Assembly: GCA_951406725.2 (NCBI GenBank)
Contig: OX597826.1
Location: 59,396,001-59,460,000 of the forward strand
Source of the DNA: Octopus vulgaris
Taxonomy: Eukaryota
Length of the DNA: 64,000 nucleotides
Reading direction: 5' to 3'
Shown: positions 26,659 to 41,355 of the stretch, piece after piece
Layout of the letters: the number at the start of each line of letters is the position of its first letter
How positions within the stretch are numbered: the first letter of the stretch is position 1
Program-made: the position numbers and the translations under genes
Notes under the pieces: model-generated
Database searches by the model: none
What the model was told of the DNA's origin: nothing
Seen by the model: the letters and a program-made list of their open reading frames with translations, nothing else

Positions 26659-28136
26659 GCGTGTGTGTGTACTTTATTTCAAATCACCCACCGTAGCTAC
26701 TTTGCTTTTCTAAAAAACCTGCCATCGAGGAATAGTTTATCTATAAGATTCTACCGATTAAAACTATGTGCCTATGTGTATGTGTGATTGTCTTCGTGTG
26801 CCTAAGTGATTGTGTGTGTTTAGATGTTTGTATGTATGTGTGTATATGTCTATATGTGTATATGTGTGTATCTGTGTATATCAGTAAATAAAGTATGTCG
26901 ATAAGGAAACGGTGTGTTAGTACTAGAAAAATTCCCAAAGTAGGTGAGCTCGCAGAATCAATGGGGATATTTATTCTGCCTTTCTATTCAGAGTTACAAA
27001 TTCTGCCTAGATCGACTTTATCTCCCTTTTGAAGTCGATAAAATTACTAGAATCAATTACCAAGTTCGATCTAATCGACTACAAGGTTCCACAAAACGTT
27101 AGGCCTTAGAAATATCCTCAGATAGGATATAAAGAATATTTCAAATATTGGCAGAAATTTGCAAATTTTCTTGCGAGGTATGTTTCTCTAAAATCGATTT
27201 TGAATCTCATCCTTTAACTATAAACCAACAATAAAATAAAATCCATCTTAAAACGACAATAGAAGACAAATGTAAAATAGATATGTTTTCGACAAGAAAA
27301 ATATACGGGAGTCACCGATCAACTGCAATGTATATACTTTGCCTGCCGTTGCATCAAGTAATGCCAACCTCACCCCGAGTCTGTTTTATGACATCTTTAA
27401 ATGTCCATAATTTATTGTGTTTAATAATTAATCAACGCACGTGTATCACAATGACAGATGACTTTAATTAAGAAGCATTTGCAAAGGAATTCCAAATATT
27501 TTGGTATCATTCCTGTAAAGCTGTCTATCATTAAGAGGTATACGAGGTGATAAGAACATCTGCGTCGTGAACTCCGAATATATATTTAGTACTGTAAATG
27601 ACGTCTGCTTTTCTGATTGTAGGAAGCTAGCGTCATATCTTGCAGACACATACATACAAACATACATACATATGCATAAATGCATACATACATACATACA
27701 TACATACATACATACATACATACATACATGCATGCATGCATGCATACATACATACATACATACATACATACATACATACATACATACATACATACATACA
27801 TACATACATTTTATGAATGCCCTCTCGCTATCGAGTATAGCCATTGCACGAAGCTTAACTGTTACTGGTGCTGTGATCGAATGTGACTTTTTAGCCCAGC
27901 CAAAGATCTACAATGTCTTGTACAGAATTAGCAACTAAAACCTTTACCGGTAATAACCGGCTGTAGTTGTAACTGGGCTTCATGTACTTTTGCATGTCGT
28001 TCAAGCCCTCCTGCTGAATTACATACGCACATACATACATACACACTCATACATACATACATACATACATACATACATTCATACATACATACATACATAC
28101 ATACATACATACATCATCCATCCGTCTCTCTCTCTC

Positions 28137-28176
<40 letters not shown>

Positions 28177-28178
<2 letters not shown>

Positions 28179-28503
28179 AGCACCGCCTGTAGTCGAACAG
28201 ATCGACTTCAGGACTCATTCTTTGTAAACATAGTACTTATTCTATCAGTGCCTAATGACGAACCACTAAGTTACGGTGACGTAAACATACTAGCATCAGC
28301 AAACACGCGCGCACACACACACAGACACACACACACACACATATACAACGGGCTTCTTTCAGTTTCCGTCTACCAGATACACTCACAAGGTTTTAGTCGG
28401 CCCGAAGGTATAGTAGAAAATCCTTTCCCAAGGTGCCACGCAGTGGGACTGAACCCGGAACTAAGTGGTTGGGAAGCAAGCTTCTTACCACACAGCCACT
28501 CTT
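28177..28503 (-). mobile_element. SINE family A
   Basis: Reverse-complement match to head, core and part of the tail. Confidence 0.8.
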
Positions 28504-28878
28504 CCTCTCCTATACTTTCTTTGTTTTTTTTTGTTTCTTTCGTTCTCTACCTCTCTCTCTTTCTCAATATATACATATATATATAATGTGGGTGGCTAAT
28601 TTGCAATTTTATTTCTGCCTTTAAATTATATATATTTATTACTGAAATTGACGTCTGCTTTTCTTAGTGTCATATTTTGTATACATACATGCATATACAC
28701 ATATGTATATACACATACATACATGCATGCAAACATACATACATACATACATACATATATACATACATGTATATATATATATACATATATTTATACACGC
28801 ACATACATATGTATATATACATAAAATTGTATTTGCGTGCACATATATATGTGGTGGTGTGTGTATGCATATATGTGT

Positions 28879-28950
<72 letters not shown>

Positions 28951-29373
28951 ATGAGTGTGTGTATGTGTGTACGTATAGAGTGAGAGAGAGAGATAGAGAG
29001 GCAGAGAAATAAAGAAGTAAAGACTGAAAGGAGAGGAGAGTGGAGACATAGATAGATTAAGAGAGAGGAGGAGATAGAGGAGAAGCAGAGGGGAAGCGGA
29101 GGAAGAGAGAGAGACACTTATCGTGGCAAGAACAGTTATCTTGCATTGTTGTGACTAAGAATATATTCCTGATTTCATGTCCGTTTCTGATTACTTCTTA
29201 ACGAGAAACGATACAAGTTTTGGTATAGAAATTTAATTGCCATATATATATAAGTTAACGAGTGAGCCATTCAATGGATATTTTGCTTGCATGAAATAGA
29301 AGCCACGCCGCAACGTTTTCTCTCTGATAAGAGAAATACAAAGCTAAACCACAAGAACAACGTCAACAAAAGC

Positions 29374-29438
29374 ACTACTACTGCTACAACTACTACTACC
29401 ACCACCACCACCACCACCACCACCACCACAACTACTAT

Positions 29439-29470
<32 letters not shown>

Positions 29471-29473
29471 GTA

Positions 29474-29507
<34 letters not shown>

Positions 29508-29626
29508 AACTACTACTACTACTACTACTGCTACTACTACTACTACTACTACTACCACTACTGCTGCTGCTGCCCTGCTGCTGCCCTGCTGCAACTACTA
29601 CTACTACTACTACTACTACAACTACA

Positions 29627-29676
<50 letters not shown>

Positions 29677-29690
29677 CACTGCTACTGCTG
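29374..29690. repeat. Compound (ACT/ACC/GCT)n microsatellite
   Basis: Direct inspection. Confidence 0.95.
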
Positions 29691-30046
29691 ATGCTTCTCT
29701 TTGGAATTTACTACCTTAATCTCTCTTAAATTATCTTTAAGATAGGAAAACCTATCAGGCAATGTGCTTTAGGTACAAGATGTCTGAAAGAAAGCGGGGT
29801 GATCGACATTCAAATCTCACAGACACACAGTACTCGTGTAGTGGCATACAGGTTGACCCAGGGCTAAACAACAACAACCGTAACGACAATGATCACCACC
29901 ACAACAAAACAACAACGGCATACACAAGTATAACATAATATACTACCTGAAACTGTACTCTTTTCAGGACGGTAGGTAAGACGGTCTACATGCGTGACCC
30001 AAAACGTTGGAAACATAAACACATGTTACACACGCACATGTATGAA

Positions 30047-30196
30047 GACGCTGGAGTGGCTGTTTGGTAAGTAGCTTGCTTACCATCCACATGGTTCCGG
30101 TTTCAGTCCCACTTGGGTAAGTGTCTTCTACTATAGCCTCGGGCCGACCAAAGCCATGTGAGTGGATTTGGTAGACGGAAGCTGAAAGAAGCCCGT

Positions 30197-30238
<42 letters not shown>

Positions 30239-30437
30239 GTGACCGCGTGTGTACCGTTGGCGATTTTTTTCCTCCGTCTTTCCTTCTCTGGATCATTCCT
30301 TCCCCTATGTTTCCGACGAAGAGCTCCGCTCGAAACGTTAAACCCTCCTTCTTTCCTTCTTTCATCAGCGTCCAATAATACTATATTCGTTCCACGTCCT
30401 CTCGTTGTTGTGTTTTTTTGTGCTTTCTTGTTTGGAT

Positions 30438-30507
<70 letters not shown>

Positions 30508-30600
30508 TGTGTGTCTGTGTTTGTACCCCAACATCGCTTGACAACCGATGAAAGGTGGTGCTCCAATATGGCCGCAGTCAAAAGAATGAAAGAATAACAG
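30047..30600 (+). mobile_element. SINE family A with internal deletions and a nested insert
   Basis: Head 30047-30198, tail 30505-30600. Confidence 0.8.
30234..30441 (+). mobile_element. Short insert in the (TA)n of a SINE with a degenerate minimal hammerhead (30309-30343)
   Basis: (TA)n on both sides. gttt-CCGACGA-a-gagc tcc gctc-GAAA-cg-TT-aaac, followed by a T-rich tail. Confidence 0.5.
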
Positions 30601-31346
30601 AACATCTTAGAAATGTCACCCACAAACACCTAGAAGCGCGTGCCCTCATGGTGACAGTGTTTGTCAAGTATTATCTATCGAGTGGTTCTGTTCCTGGAGT
30701 GAGCAATGTTGTATTATGGATTTGCACTTATATTGATATTTACTCAACTTTCATCCGGCCGAGTCAGTAGTAATGATTAAAAGCTGAGTGCGGATGTAGA
30801 CTTCTTTAATCACGGTTGTCACATCCTGCATGTATCCCTATACTAATGGATAGCAGGGAGGGGATAACAAAGTGTCTAGGTATGCTCCTGATAAAAGAAT
30901 TAGCGAAAGCGTGGTATTATCTGCCAAGTCATACTCGCTCGCGTGTGACGGCTCTGCCTAATTTGTTTCTGAACAATCTTTTGAATCTGAACACCAAGAT
31001 TTTCAACACAACCACACAGACACACACACACACATGAATACACACACACACACATACACACATGAATATACACACACACATATACGCACCCACACTAACA
31101 CACAAGCACAAACGCACTTACAAATGGACTTTACTACGTACATAGATGTGTGTGTATGTATAAATGTATGTCTATTACATGCACAGATACGTATCGATTT
31201 ATATATACCTATATATGTCTATGTGTATGTAGGCGTGTGTATGTGTCTCTCTCTTAATCTCTTTCTCTCTCTTTGTATATATATACATTTATATATAAAT
31301 ATATATGTATGTATACATATACATATACATACATATATATATGTAT

Positions 31347-31377
<31 letters not shown>

Positions 31378-31403
31378 CACATATATATATATGTATATAT
31401 ATG

Positions 31404-31510
<107 letters not shown>

Positions 31511-32564
31511 GTACCTATATATATCAGATTTGAATCTTTTTTTCATCTCTGATCATAATTATCTCCATTTCCTTGTTTCAGATAGTAATTATCCATATCT
31601 CATTGTTTCAGATAATGATGACTTTCTTTTCCTTGTGCCAAATTTCGAAACTAACATAGAATAAGAGAGTAATGCGAAGGTTTCTTACAAAGTACAAATG
31701 TTTTTTTTTTTTTTTTTTTTTTTTTAAATACTTTGAAGAATTACATGAGATTCATTCGAAAAGCTAGGCTGAATATCTTGTTTGTCATTTTAGTAGAACT
31801 CCACATATTGTGTAGCTGGTAATCATTTTACTTATAGCAGCGTTGGCAATGCTACTGTTGCTACGCACACATTTTCCAAACATCAAAGACATCTTAAAAA
31901 AAAGGTCATTCACCTTTTGTGCTGAAGATTTATTCAGTAATACATCTTCATCGATTAATCACATTTTTGGGAGGTTTTTATTCAAATCTCGTATTTAAAA
32001 AAAAAAACCCTTCTAATAGTACTTCTTTACTTGTAACCTAACCAGATTATCTGTTTACCCAGATACGTTAGATACGTTTAGCAAAGCTGTTCATTCACCT
32101 GTCTTCTTTCGACCATATTACCCGCTCTCCTGCAACACTAGGTCTCGCCTAAAACAGACTCTGGTATCTGCCGTATTTAATTCCACAATGGCTGAAAAAC
32201 ATCTAACTCTATTTTATCTAAATTATATTAAACAAAATAGGCGTGCATTGTTTTACGATTAAGGCTTTGGAGAGGTCACTTGATGATGATGGCGTATTCT
32301 GAAATCATCCACAAAATATTATATTCCTTGGGACTTTTCAACCAATTTTCATGTAGTCGGTTTATTAAAAGACAGCCCTAATGGAACTTACTTATATTCA
32401 TAAGCATTTTATGCCTTGACCAACACATTACATTTCCACGAATAATAAACCTGTGTCATTCTTAATGTAGACAGTAATTTGAGACACTTTGATGTGTTGG
32501 TTGCTTTTTATAGTTGATCTGACACTACGTAGAGGTTTTCTCTCATTCACAGGTATGTAAACTA

Positions 32565-33064
32565 TTGAGTCATCCCATAAATAATGCGATTTTTCCAGTT
32601 GCATGAACTAAAAGTCGAGGAGGAATAAACTACCTTCATCAACTTGCTATAAAAGCACGTAGTAATTTTACCTTGCCCATATTCTTAGTGCAAGTTTTGA
32701 AGAGTGCATTTCCATTCTAACAGCTATATTTTAAAGATATAATGGATGTGACGAAGGGGCGTATTCGGCATATTTTGTTTTGAGTTAAATAAAGGCAACA
32801 ATGCAACGGAAAGTGGGAGGAATATTAATGCAGTATATGGGGGTCGAACAATAAGCATAAGCCAGTGTCTACAGTGTTTCTAAAAATTCCGAGCCGGAAA
32901 CTACAGTCTAGAAGACGAGTCTCATCCTCGAAGATCTGTAGAGCACGACGAGGACGTCCTGCAAACACTAGTGCAACAAAATCCGATCGTAACTGTTGAG
33001 GAACTAGCAGAGAATAGATTTGGTCATTCAACTATTCATTGACATCTGCATGCCATCGGAAAAC
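32565..33064 (+). mobile_element. Mariner 5' end remnant (same family as 25771-26092)
   Basis: Disrupted MDVTKGRIRHIL...NINAVYGGRTISISQC...KFRAGNYSLEDESHPRRSVEHDEDVLQTLVQQNPIVTVEELAE. Confidence 0.8.
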
Positions 33065-33990
33065 TCTTAATTTCACGTTGCTGTAGTCCACTGAGCTATC
33101 AAAAATGTGTAATATAATATGGTGAAACTGCAAAAGGCCTGACAAGCCACAACCAAGCGATGATGGTTGACATACAAAAACAAAAAAAAAGAAGAAAAAG
33201 AAAAGCTAAAAAAAACAGCAGAATACTTCTGGACGGATAGGCCACAGCTCGACTCTGGTGTTGGGTATTACTTTTACCTAGCCAGCCAATCAATCAGTTT
33301 ACTCAATAAGTTGGTCGATCATTCAATTGATAAAGCAGTCACATAAACAAGCAATCAAATAATCAAGTAGTTACTTCATGAAGCAGCCAATGATCCTGTT
33401 GCCCATCAAACGTTTAATCAATTCGTCAGTCAATCAATCAATCCAGTATTCAATATGGCTGTGATTAATTATGTCAATCATTCAACAATCTTATCGATCA
33501 GTCTGTAAGTTAATAATTTAGAGTAACATTTATTCGGTTAGTGTTCTGCATAAACTGATAATGTCCTAAAACACCCATCGGCTTATGAATTAATAATATG
33601 CCATGTCGTAATAAGGAAAATCTGGAAGAAGACAACAAAATGTAACCAAGAAGAGTACAACTGCTCCTCTAAAAGCAGAAATAATGTTAGAATTAGCAAA
33701 AATAATAACGACCATTACAGCAAGCGCGATATGGGAGTAGGGGAAATAGTATAAAAACAAAACGTATATCATTTGAAATAGAATTATATTGTATTTCTTG
33801 TTTTTTATAATGCAATGGAATGGGAAAGAAAAAAAACGAAACTACAAGTTATGACGGAAAAAGACAGATAGCACCATTACAAGTGATCCACCCTAATTTA
33901 TCATTAATAAAACAACTTAGCGAAAAGGAGAATGGTATAGCAAATATGCAAGTGCATTATGCGAGTACGTGTATAAATATATATGTGTGT

Positions 33991-34055
<65 letters not shown>

Positions 34056-34203
34056 GATAGATAGATACATATATATATATGTATACACACACATATATGT
34101 ATACATATATATATTTATAAATATACATATAGGTATGGGTATATGCATGTGTGTGTATATATATATATAAATATATATACGACAAAAACTATACATCCAA
34201 GTA

Positions 34204-34254
<51 letters not shown>

Positions 34255-34369
34255 TAGGTACCTTCATATACATACTTATAACCAAATGTGTGTATATGTA
34301 CAAATATATATATATATTATATATACATAGAAGTACATAGATACATACATACATACATATATACTTAAA

Positions 34370-34429
<60 letters not shown>

Positions 34430-34800
34430 GCATTTTAGCTTATATATACAGAGAGAGTTTACAGGAGGTGTAAAAGGAGAGAATCGTGGCGCATATATCA
34501 TTACTAGTATATTATTGAAGGAGCAATTATGAGAAATAGAATGAAATGACAAGATATTTGGAAGATGTAGGGTGATAGGGTTGTTGTTTTTCTTGTTTAC
34601 TATGATTATAGAAGATATGGAGGGTGATGGTGGTGGCATTATAAGTTATGGCCGTGGTTGGGACAGTGATACTGGAAGTAGGAGGAACGAGATGTAATTA
34701 GATTCATACTTCTACATTGTATATATGTATATATACTATGTATGTATGTATATATTTATGTATATACGTACATATCTATATACGTATATACATAAATGTG

Positions 34801-34837
<37 letters not shown>

Positions 34838-35530
34838 ACATATATATATATAAATATATGTATATACACCCACACATATGTATGTATGTATGTATATATG
34901 TATGTATGTATGTATGTATGTGAGTATGCAGTTTCATTTTTATTGGCAACTTGATAGCATCTCTTATTAGCGATCCATTGACCTGCCGACTAAGCAATCC
35001 ATTATAATATATGGTGCAATAATGTGTGTGGTGTGATGTGTGGGGAGGTATTGCAGACATGTAAAACAGACAATCATAGCAATAAATGTATAATTAAGAC
35101 GGTGAATCAGAAAACTAACCAAATCACCGAAGCTACTCACAAATATACATATATACACACATATATATATATGTATGTGTGTATATATATATGCATGCAC
35201 AGGAATGTACAAACGCATTCAATAGTGTGTAGATAAGTGGGCTGATGACCGTTAGAAACATGAAAATGAAAATTGGATAGGGCTAATAAAAATTTATTGT
35301 CAGTGTAGAATCGTGTAGATAATTCATATTATGCGTGTATACTCATATTATTTACTGTTGTATAAAGTGATACACCAACAGATATAAGTATATCTATATC
35401 GTTCACAGGCCTCTCTCTCTCGCTCACACACATATATATGTGCATATATGAATTTGTGTGCCTGTATGTTATATATATATATATATATATTGGATAGAAT
35501 GTTATATAGTTGTGGATATATGTTAGTATA

Positions 35531-36100
35531 CGAGGTTTGATCGAATAAGTATCCAGACTGTTGCCGTAGTAGCAAAGCTAAAGCATGCAGAGTAAAGCCG
35601 CTTGGCACAGATTGACCTTGAACTCTGCCGTGCATGAGCTCTAAGTTTTAACGTTCTAGGTCACTTCCGCTGTGTCCAGCAGTGCTTCAAAGAAGGTGTG
35701 TAGAGTGTAATCGTTTATATTGACCATGGCAGCGAAAGTTATCGTGGTGATACCTGCTCAGAGGCCCACGCAAGGTTGCAGAAAGTGTATGGAGAGGAGT
35801 GTATGAACTGCACTCACGTCTACGAGTGCTTCAGATGTTTCCAAGATGGCTGAAAAAGTGTCGATATTGATGAACGTTATGGGAGACCCGCAACCGGAAG
35901 AACAGATAAAATCATCACAGATGCGTGTGCAACTCTAAGGGGTATTCGTCGAATTACCATCCGCGTGTTATCAGAAGATATGCAGATTAGTTACGGTTCA
36001 GTTCAATTCATTATCACTGAAGATTTGGGTATGAGACGCGTGTCTGCTAAGTTTGTGCCAAAATTGCTTTCAGCTGACCAAAAGCACTCGAGTTGCACAA
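35531..36100 (+). mobile_element. Mariner transposase remnant (5' half)
   Basis: LQKVYGEECMNCTHVYECFRCFQDG*KSVDIDERYGRP...ISYGSVQFIITEDLGMRRVSAKFVPKLL (WVPHEL-equivalent motif); starts TA|CGAGG. Confidence 0.85.
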
Positions 36101-36706
36101 AATCTCCTTGTTTGTGTTGTGAACGTCAAATAAAGCAAAACATATAATTCTTTTCAAAATTGGCACAAGTCCAGCAATGTTCAGGGAAGAGAAAATCCAT
36201 TACATTGACCCAAGTACTAGGTAGGTAGACTATTTTATCTGCCATGAAACGATGAAAGGCAAAGTAATCGCAGCAGGATTTGAGCCCTACCAAGACATAT
36301 AATGGCAAATGAGGAAGTACAATTAACACGTGAAAGAATTATTTATAATAATAACCGGTAAACATTTTGAATACACAAACGGGTCATTGTCTTCATATCA
36401 GGGATCACCGAAAAGTTCTTGGCTTCAAGGGTATCGCAAAAGGCCTGATTCGAGGCCCAAACTTCCGCTTGAGAGAGAGAGAGAGGGGAGAGAGAAAGTG
36501 AACATTGAAGAGGGAGGAAAAGAAATGGAGAAAGGCTTAGACAAGAAACACTTTTGCCTATCTCCTGCCAAAACTCGTTTCTCCAGTGTTCACCACTTCA
36601 ACTCGTTAAGGCTTAGCAGTCTTTACCGTTTGTTTTTTACTGTTTTGTCCGTACTGTCCTGTTTTTGTTTGTTTTATTTTGTTCACGGTATTTTGACGTC
36701 CTGTAC

Positions 36707-36763
<57 letters not shown>

Positions 36764-36855
36764 TATATGAATGTATATATTCATATATATATTATTTATA
36801 TTATTATAAGATCGAACGCCATGCATCCATTTCCGAGGTAAGTTTTATCTGTCTG

Positions 36856-36970
<115 letters not shown>

Positions 36971-37445
36971 GAGAAAGAGAGAGAGACCGTCGTTCTTCTT
37001 TATAAAATTTGGATGGATGTGATTTGAATTTCATATTATTGCTATATCTAGCAGACACAGATGTTCCCTAGATACTGACTTCTAAGATATCAATCTACTA
37101 CGTTGTCACACCGTCAACAATTGGGATTTGTGCTTAATGTTTATGACAATATGTTAAAACTGTAAACTACTCAATTAGAGATAAGTTAGAAACAACAACA
37201 ACATAACAAAAAAAAGTATTTCAGCCGGCAAACACTTGTAAACGTAACACTTGTAGTATACACACACACGTATATTAGTAAACTATTGCTACTATTATTG
37301 TTGTTGTTGTTGTTGTTGTTATGATTATTTTTGTTATTAACACTGTTATTATTTCTATCATAGCTGCGTCGAGTGAAGAGAAAAAATGTGATGAGGCGTG
37401 AAATAGTGAACAGAACAATTACAATAAATAAAAAAAACACAAACA

Positions 37446-37518
<73 letters not shown>

Positions 37519-38223
37519 GTATGTGTATATGTATCTATATATGTATGTCTATATATGTATATATGTGTATATATATATATATATGTATATATAGATATAT
37601 ATATATACATATACATATACATACACACACATTTTTCGATAGATGTATATATGTATATATAATTCTACGCGAACACGTATACACACACTCACTCATACAC
37701 ATACACACATATAAACACGAAAAAAAAAACGAGAAAAAGAAAGTTAGGAATCTTGTTTTGTTGTTATTTAGGTTAGTTGGTGCTGCTACTGCTGCTACTG
37801 CTGCTTCTAATGTTGTTGTTGATTGTGGTTGTCATTATAATGTTTGAAATGACGTACTTATTGTTATTCGTGTTGTTGCTCTTGTAGTTGTTAATATTGT
37901 TGTTATGGGACTTTAATTCAATTTTCGATTCCCATACGACACGACGAAGCAATCGCTAGTTATATTTATGACTCCTTCGTCTACTTTGATATATTGTAGT
38001 CCGTTACTAGTTACTGCATCGGTGTATGTATGCGCGTAGTTGAGTATGTATGTAGGTATGGATGAATGTAATGCGTTTATGTATGCATGCACACACACAT
38101 ACACATACACAGACATATATATATATATATAAACAGTTATATATATATATATATATAAACAGTTTTATATATATATATATGAGTGTGTGCATGTGTGTGT
38201 GCGCATGTATAGATATGCATTTG

Positions 38224-38264
<41 letters not shown>

Positions 38265-38463
38265 TATATATATATATACATAGTGACATATGTAAGTATA
38301 TATATTTTTTTATATATAGATACATCACTCACATACACACGCACATATATATATGATTATAATGTGTATATATATTTATATACAAACGTCTGTATATATT
38401 ATATTTATATTTACATATGCATATATACTCAGTGTAGAACATGATGTATATATGTATAGCTAA

Positions 38464-38538
<75 letters not shown>

Positions 38539-38588
38539 CATGCTTTCGTACTTATATATTATCGCATAACTGTATATGTATATACATG

Positions 38589-38651
<63 letters not shown>

Positions 38652-39460
38652 GCATATAGCGGCACTTACGCGTAACACGCAGACACACAGACAAAACCTA
38701 CACATATTCACAAACATTCATACACGCATACATACATACATACATACATACATACATACATACATACATACATACTTACATATGCAAATGTTTGTGTCTG
38801 TGCGAGCGTGTGTGCGTGTGTGTATGGGTGTGATCTGCGTGTTTTCTATTGTCATAGTAATAATGATATTCCTCTCTACGTCTATCTCCTTTTGTTTAAT
38901 TTTCTCACAGCTCTGTCATTGATGATTGTTCGAGAAGTTAATCACGTGTGCGAAAACTGTCTTGTAAATTACGACATAATTGTTTTTTCCTTCATATTTT
39001 TTCCTCCATTCCTCTTAATTTTTCTCTTTCTGTATTTCTTTATTTAATTCTACCTTTTTTTCTTAATTCTTACTTTGACTATAAGTCGCTAATTTTATAT
39101 ATGATGCTTTACTCTCCATTATGGTATTACGTTTGTGGTTCTTTTAGGTGTTGTTAGTCTTGTGACAGTTTATTTTTTGTCAACTTATTTCTTTTTAATC
39201 TTTGTTATTACTGATGTTCATATCTTGACATTCTAATTGTAATTTTATTCTTTGTTGGTCTTTCTGTATTTGTTTCGCTGTTGTATCCGCCTTATCTATC
39301 ATTCTCTTTTTCTCGAACTTTTTTCCGCAGAAGCTCACATTCTATAACTAAATTTCCAGTTTATTACCTTGTCTACTTCTGCATAAGATGTATACGATAT
39401 GGCTCATGTATGGAGCTCTAGTTAGATCTCAATTTTAATAATAATATTGCTATTATTATT

Positions 39461-40000
39461 TAAGGCAGCGAGCTGGCAGAATCGTTAGCACGCTGGAGAA
39501 ATGCTTAGCGGCATTTCGTCCATTTTTACACTCTCAATTCAAATTCAACCGAAAGTAACTTTGCCTTTCATCCTTTCGGGTTCGATAAAATAAGTGTCAG
39601 TTGAGCACTAGCTTCGACGTAATCGATAAATCCCCATACCCCGCAAGCTCTTGTGGTAAATATTTGAAAGAATAATAATAATAAGAAGAATAAGAAGAAG
39701 AAAAAGAAGAAGAAGAGAAGAAGAAAGAGAAGAATCACCACCGTCATCTTCATCATTATTATTATTGTTTTGTTGTTTCTGTTGCTGTTGTTGTTGTTGT
39801 TGTTGTTGTTGTTATTATCATCATCATCATCATCTGGCAGAATGTTTAGCGGCACTGTGTCCGACACCACGTTGTGAGTTCAAATTCCGCCAAATCCTAC
39901 TTTGACTTTCACCCTCTCGGGGTCGAAAAACAGTTATTTCTAGTTGAGTATTGTGGTCAAAGTAATCTACTTACCTCTCCCCAAAATTGTGCCAAAATTT
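39461..40000 (+). mobile_element. Two diverged SINE family B copies (39461-39670, 39834-40000)
   Basis: aaggcagcgagctggcagaatcgttagc...gcctttcatcctttcggg; second copy gagttcaaattccgcc...cggggtcga. Confidence 0.75.
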
Positions 40001-40034
40001 GTTATCATCATCATCATCATCATCATCTTAACTA

Positions 40035-40490
40035 CTAATATTATATGTTTGACTTTTGCCTTGTATCTGTATAAGTTGATATCAAGTCTCACCCAGTGAC
40101 ATCAACGGACAAGTTAGAAGTTCATGTTGGTGCTATGCCTATGGTGTCATATACTGGTTTCGTACATAGTGTTATTCTAGAGAATGTTAAAGAAATCAAG
40201 AAAATTATGAGTTTGCTTTAAAATTTGAGATTACACAGTATTTTGCGTAGGATATGGGCAGTTGCCATCAGCACTATCTTTTGAATTTCTGCCATTTTTG
40301 GGTTTCCTTGTATCTGAGCAAGGTAGGAACCAGCTCCTTTTGCTATCATTTCTTAGGAACCTTATGAAAACAGATATTGTTTTAGTCTTGAGGTTCCACA
40401 TTTTACCAATTTCTATTTCGAGATCTTTATACTTGCTCAGTTTTTGGTACGTCATATCAATGAGGAGGCATGATTTTTGTCTTTAAATAT
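40035..40490 (-). mobile_element. RLE-type LINE 3' remnant (R4/Dong-like)
   Basis: KSCLLIDMT-YQKLSKYKDLEIEIGKMWNLKTKTI; embedded in (TAA/TGA)n. Confidence 0.8.
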
Positions 40491-40510
40491 ATCTTTATTA
40501 TTATTATTAT

Positions 40511-40542
<32 letters not shown>

Positions 40543-40609
40543 CATCATCATTATTATTATCATCATCATCATCATCATCATCATTATCATCATTAATATT
40601 ATCATCATC

Positions 40610-40649
<40 letters not shown>

Positions 40650-41355
40650 AAATTATTATTATTATCATTATTATTATTATTAGCCCGTAATGTCATGGTG
40701 CAGAAACATCATTTTACATTTCTCTCCGGAACCGGTTTACCAATTGAAATTTTTGTTTTCATACTTGTGAAAGGAAGTATAAAAGCCGAAGGAAATGTTT
40801 TTGGTACCCGTAGGTAGACAGACGAAAAATCCATTTGTTTCAGAAACTTTTACAAATTTATTTGCACATATTACTTTTGCATAACCAAAATAGCTACTAC
40901 GCTAAATTATACTACAAGACGAAATACAACAATGACAATAAAGCAATAAAGTCAAACCACACAAGTGTATGTAGAAAAGGAAGAAGTTTATGAAAAGTTT
41001 AGTGAACAATTAATAGACGAAAATGCTCACAAATGCTCACAAATGTAATCCTGAAAAAGCCAGTCGTAATATGGACAATAACAATAACAGTTCGGTATTT
41101 TACAAGATTTAAAATATTGAGGTCAGCAGTTGTTTAAAACAAATCTTCTTTTAGTAGGAGAATTAAGTTTTAATAGGAGAATTTAATAGAATTAAATTTT
41201 AATAGGAGAATTAAGTAGATATTTTAGATCTCTCACATTTGCAAGTTAGAATATTGGTGGCGGGAATTTATAAAACCAAAACACATTTTTTATCTTTCTC
41301 ACAAGAAGTAATCCAAGATAGAGCAACGTAGCAATTAGGTGACAATTACATAACA

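Noticed and set aside
35242-35262. CTGATGA-ccgtta-GAAA-catg hammerhead-like string
   Set aside because: No stem II or stem I pairing and no UH triplet.
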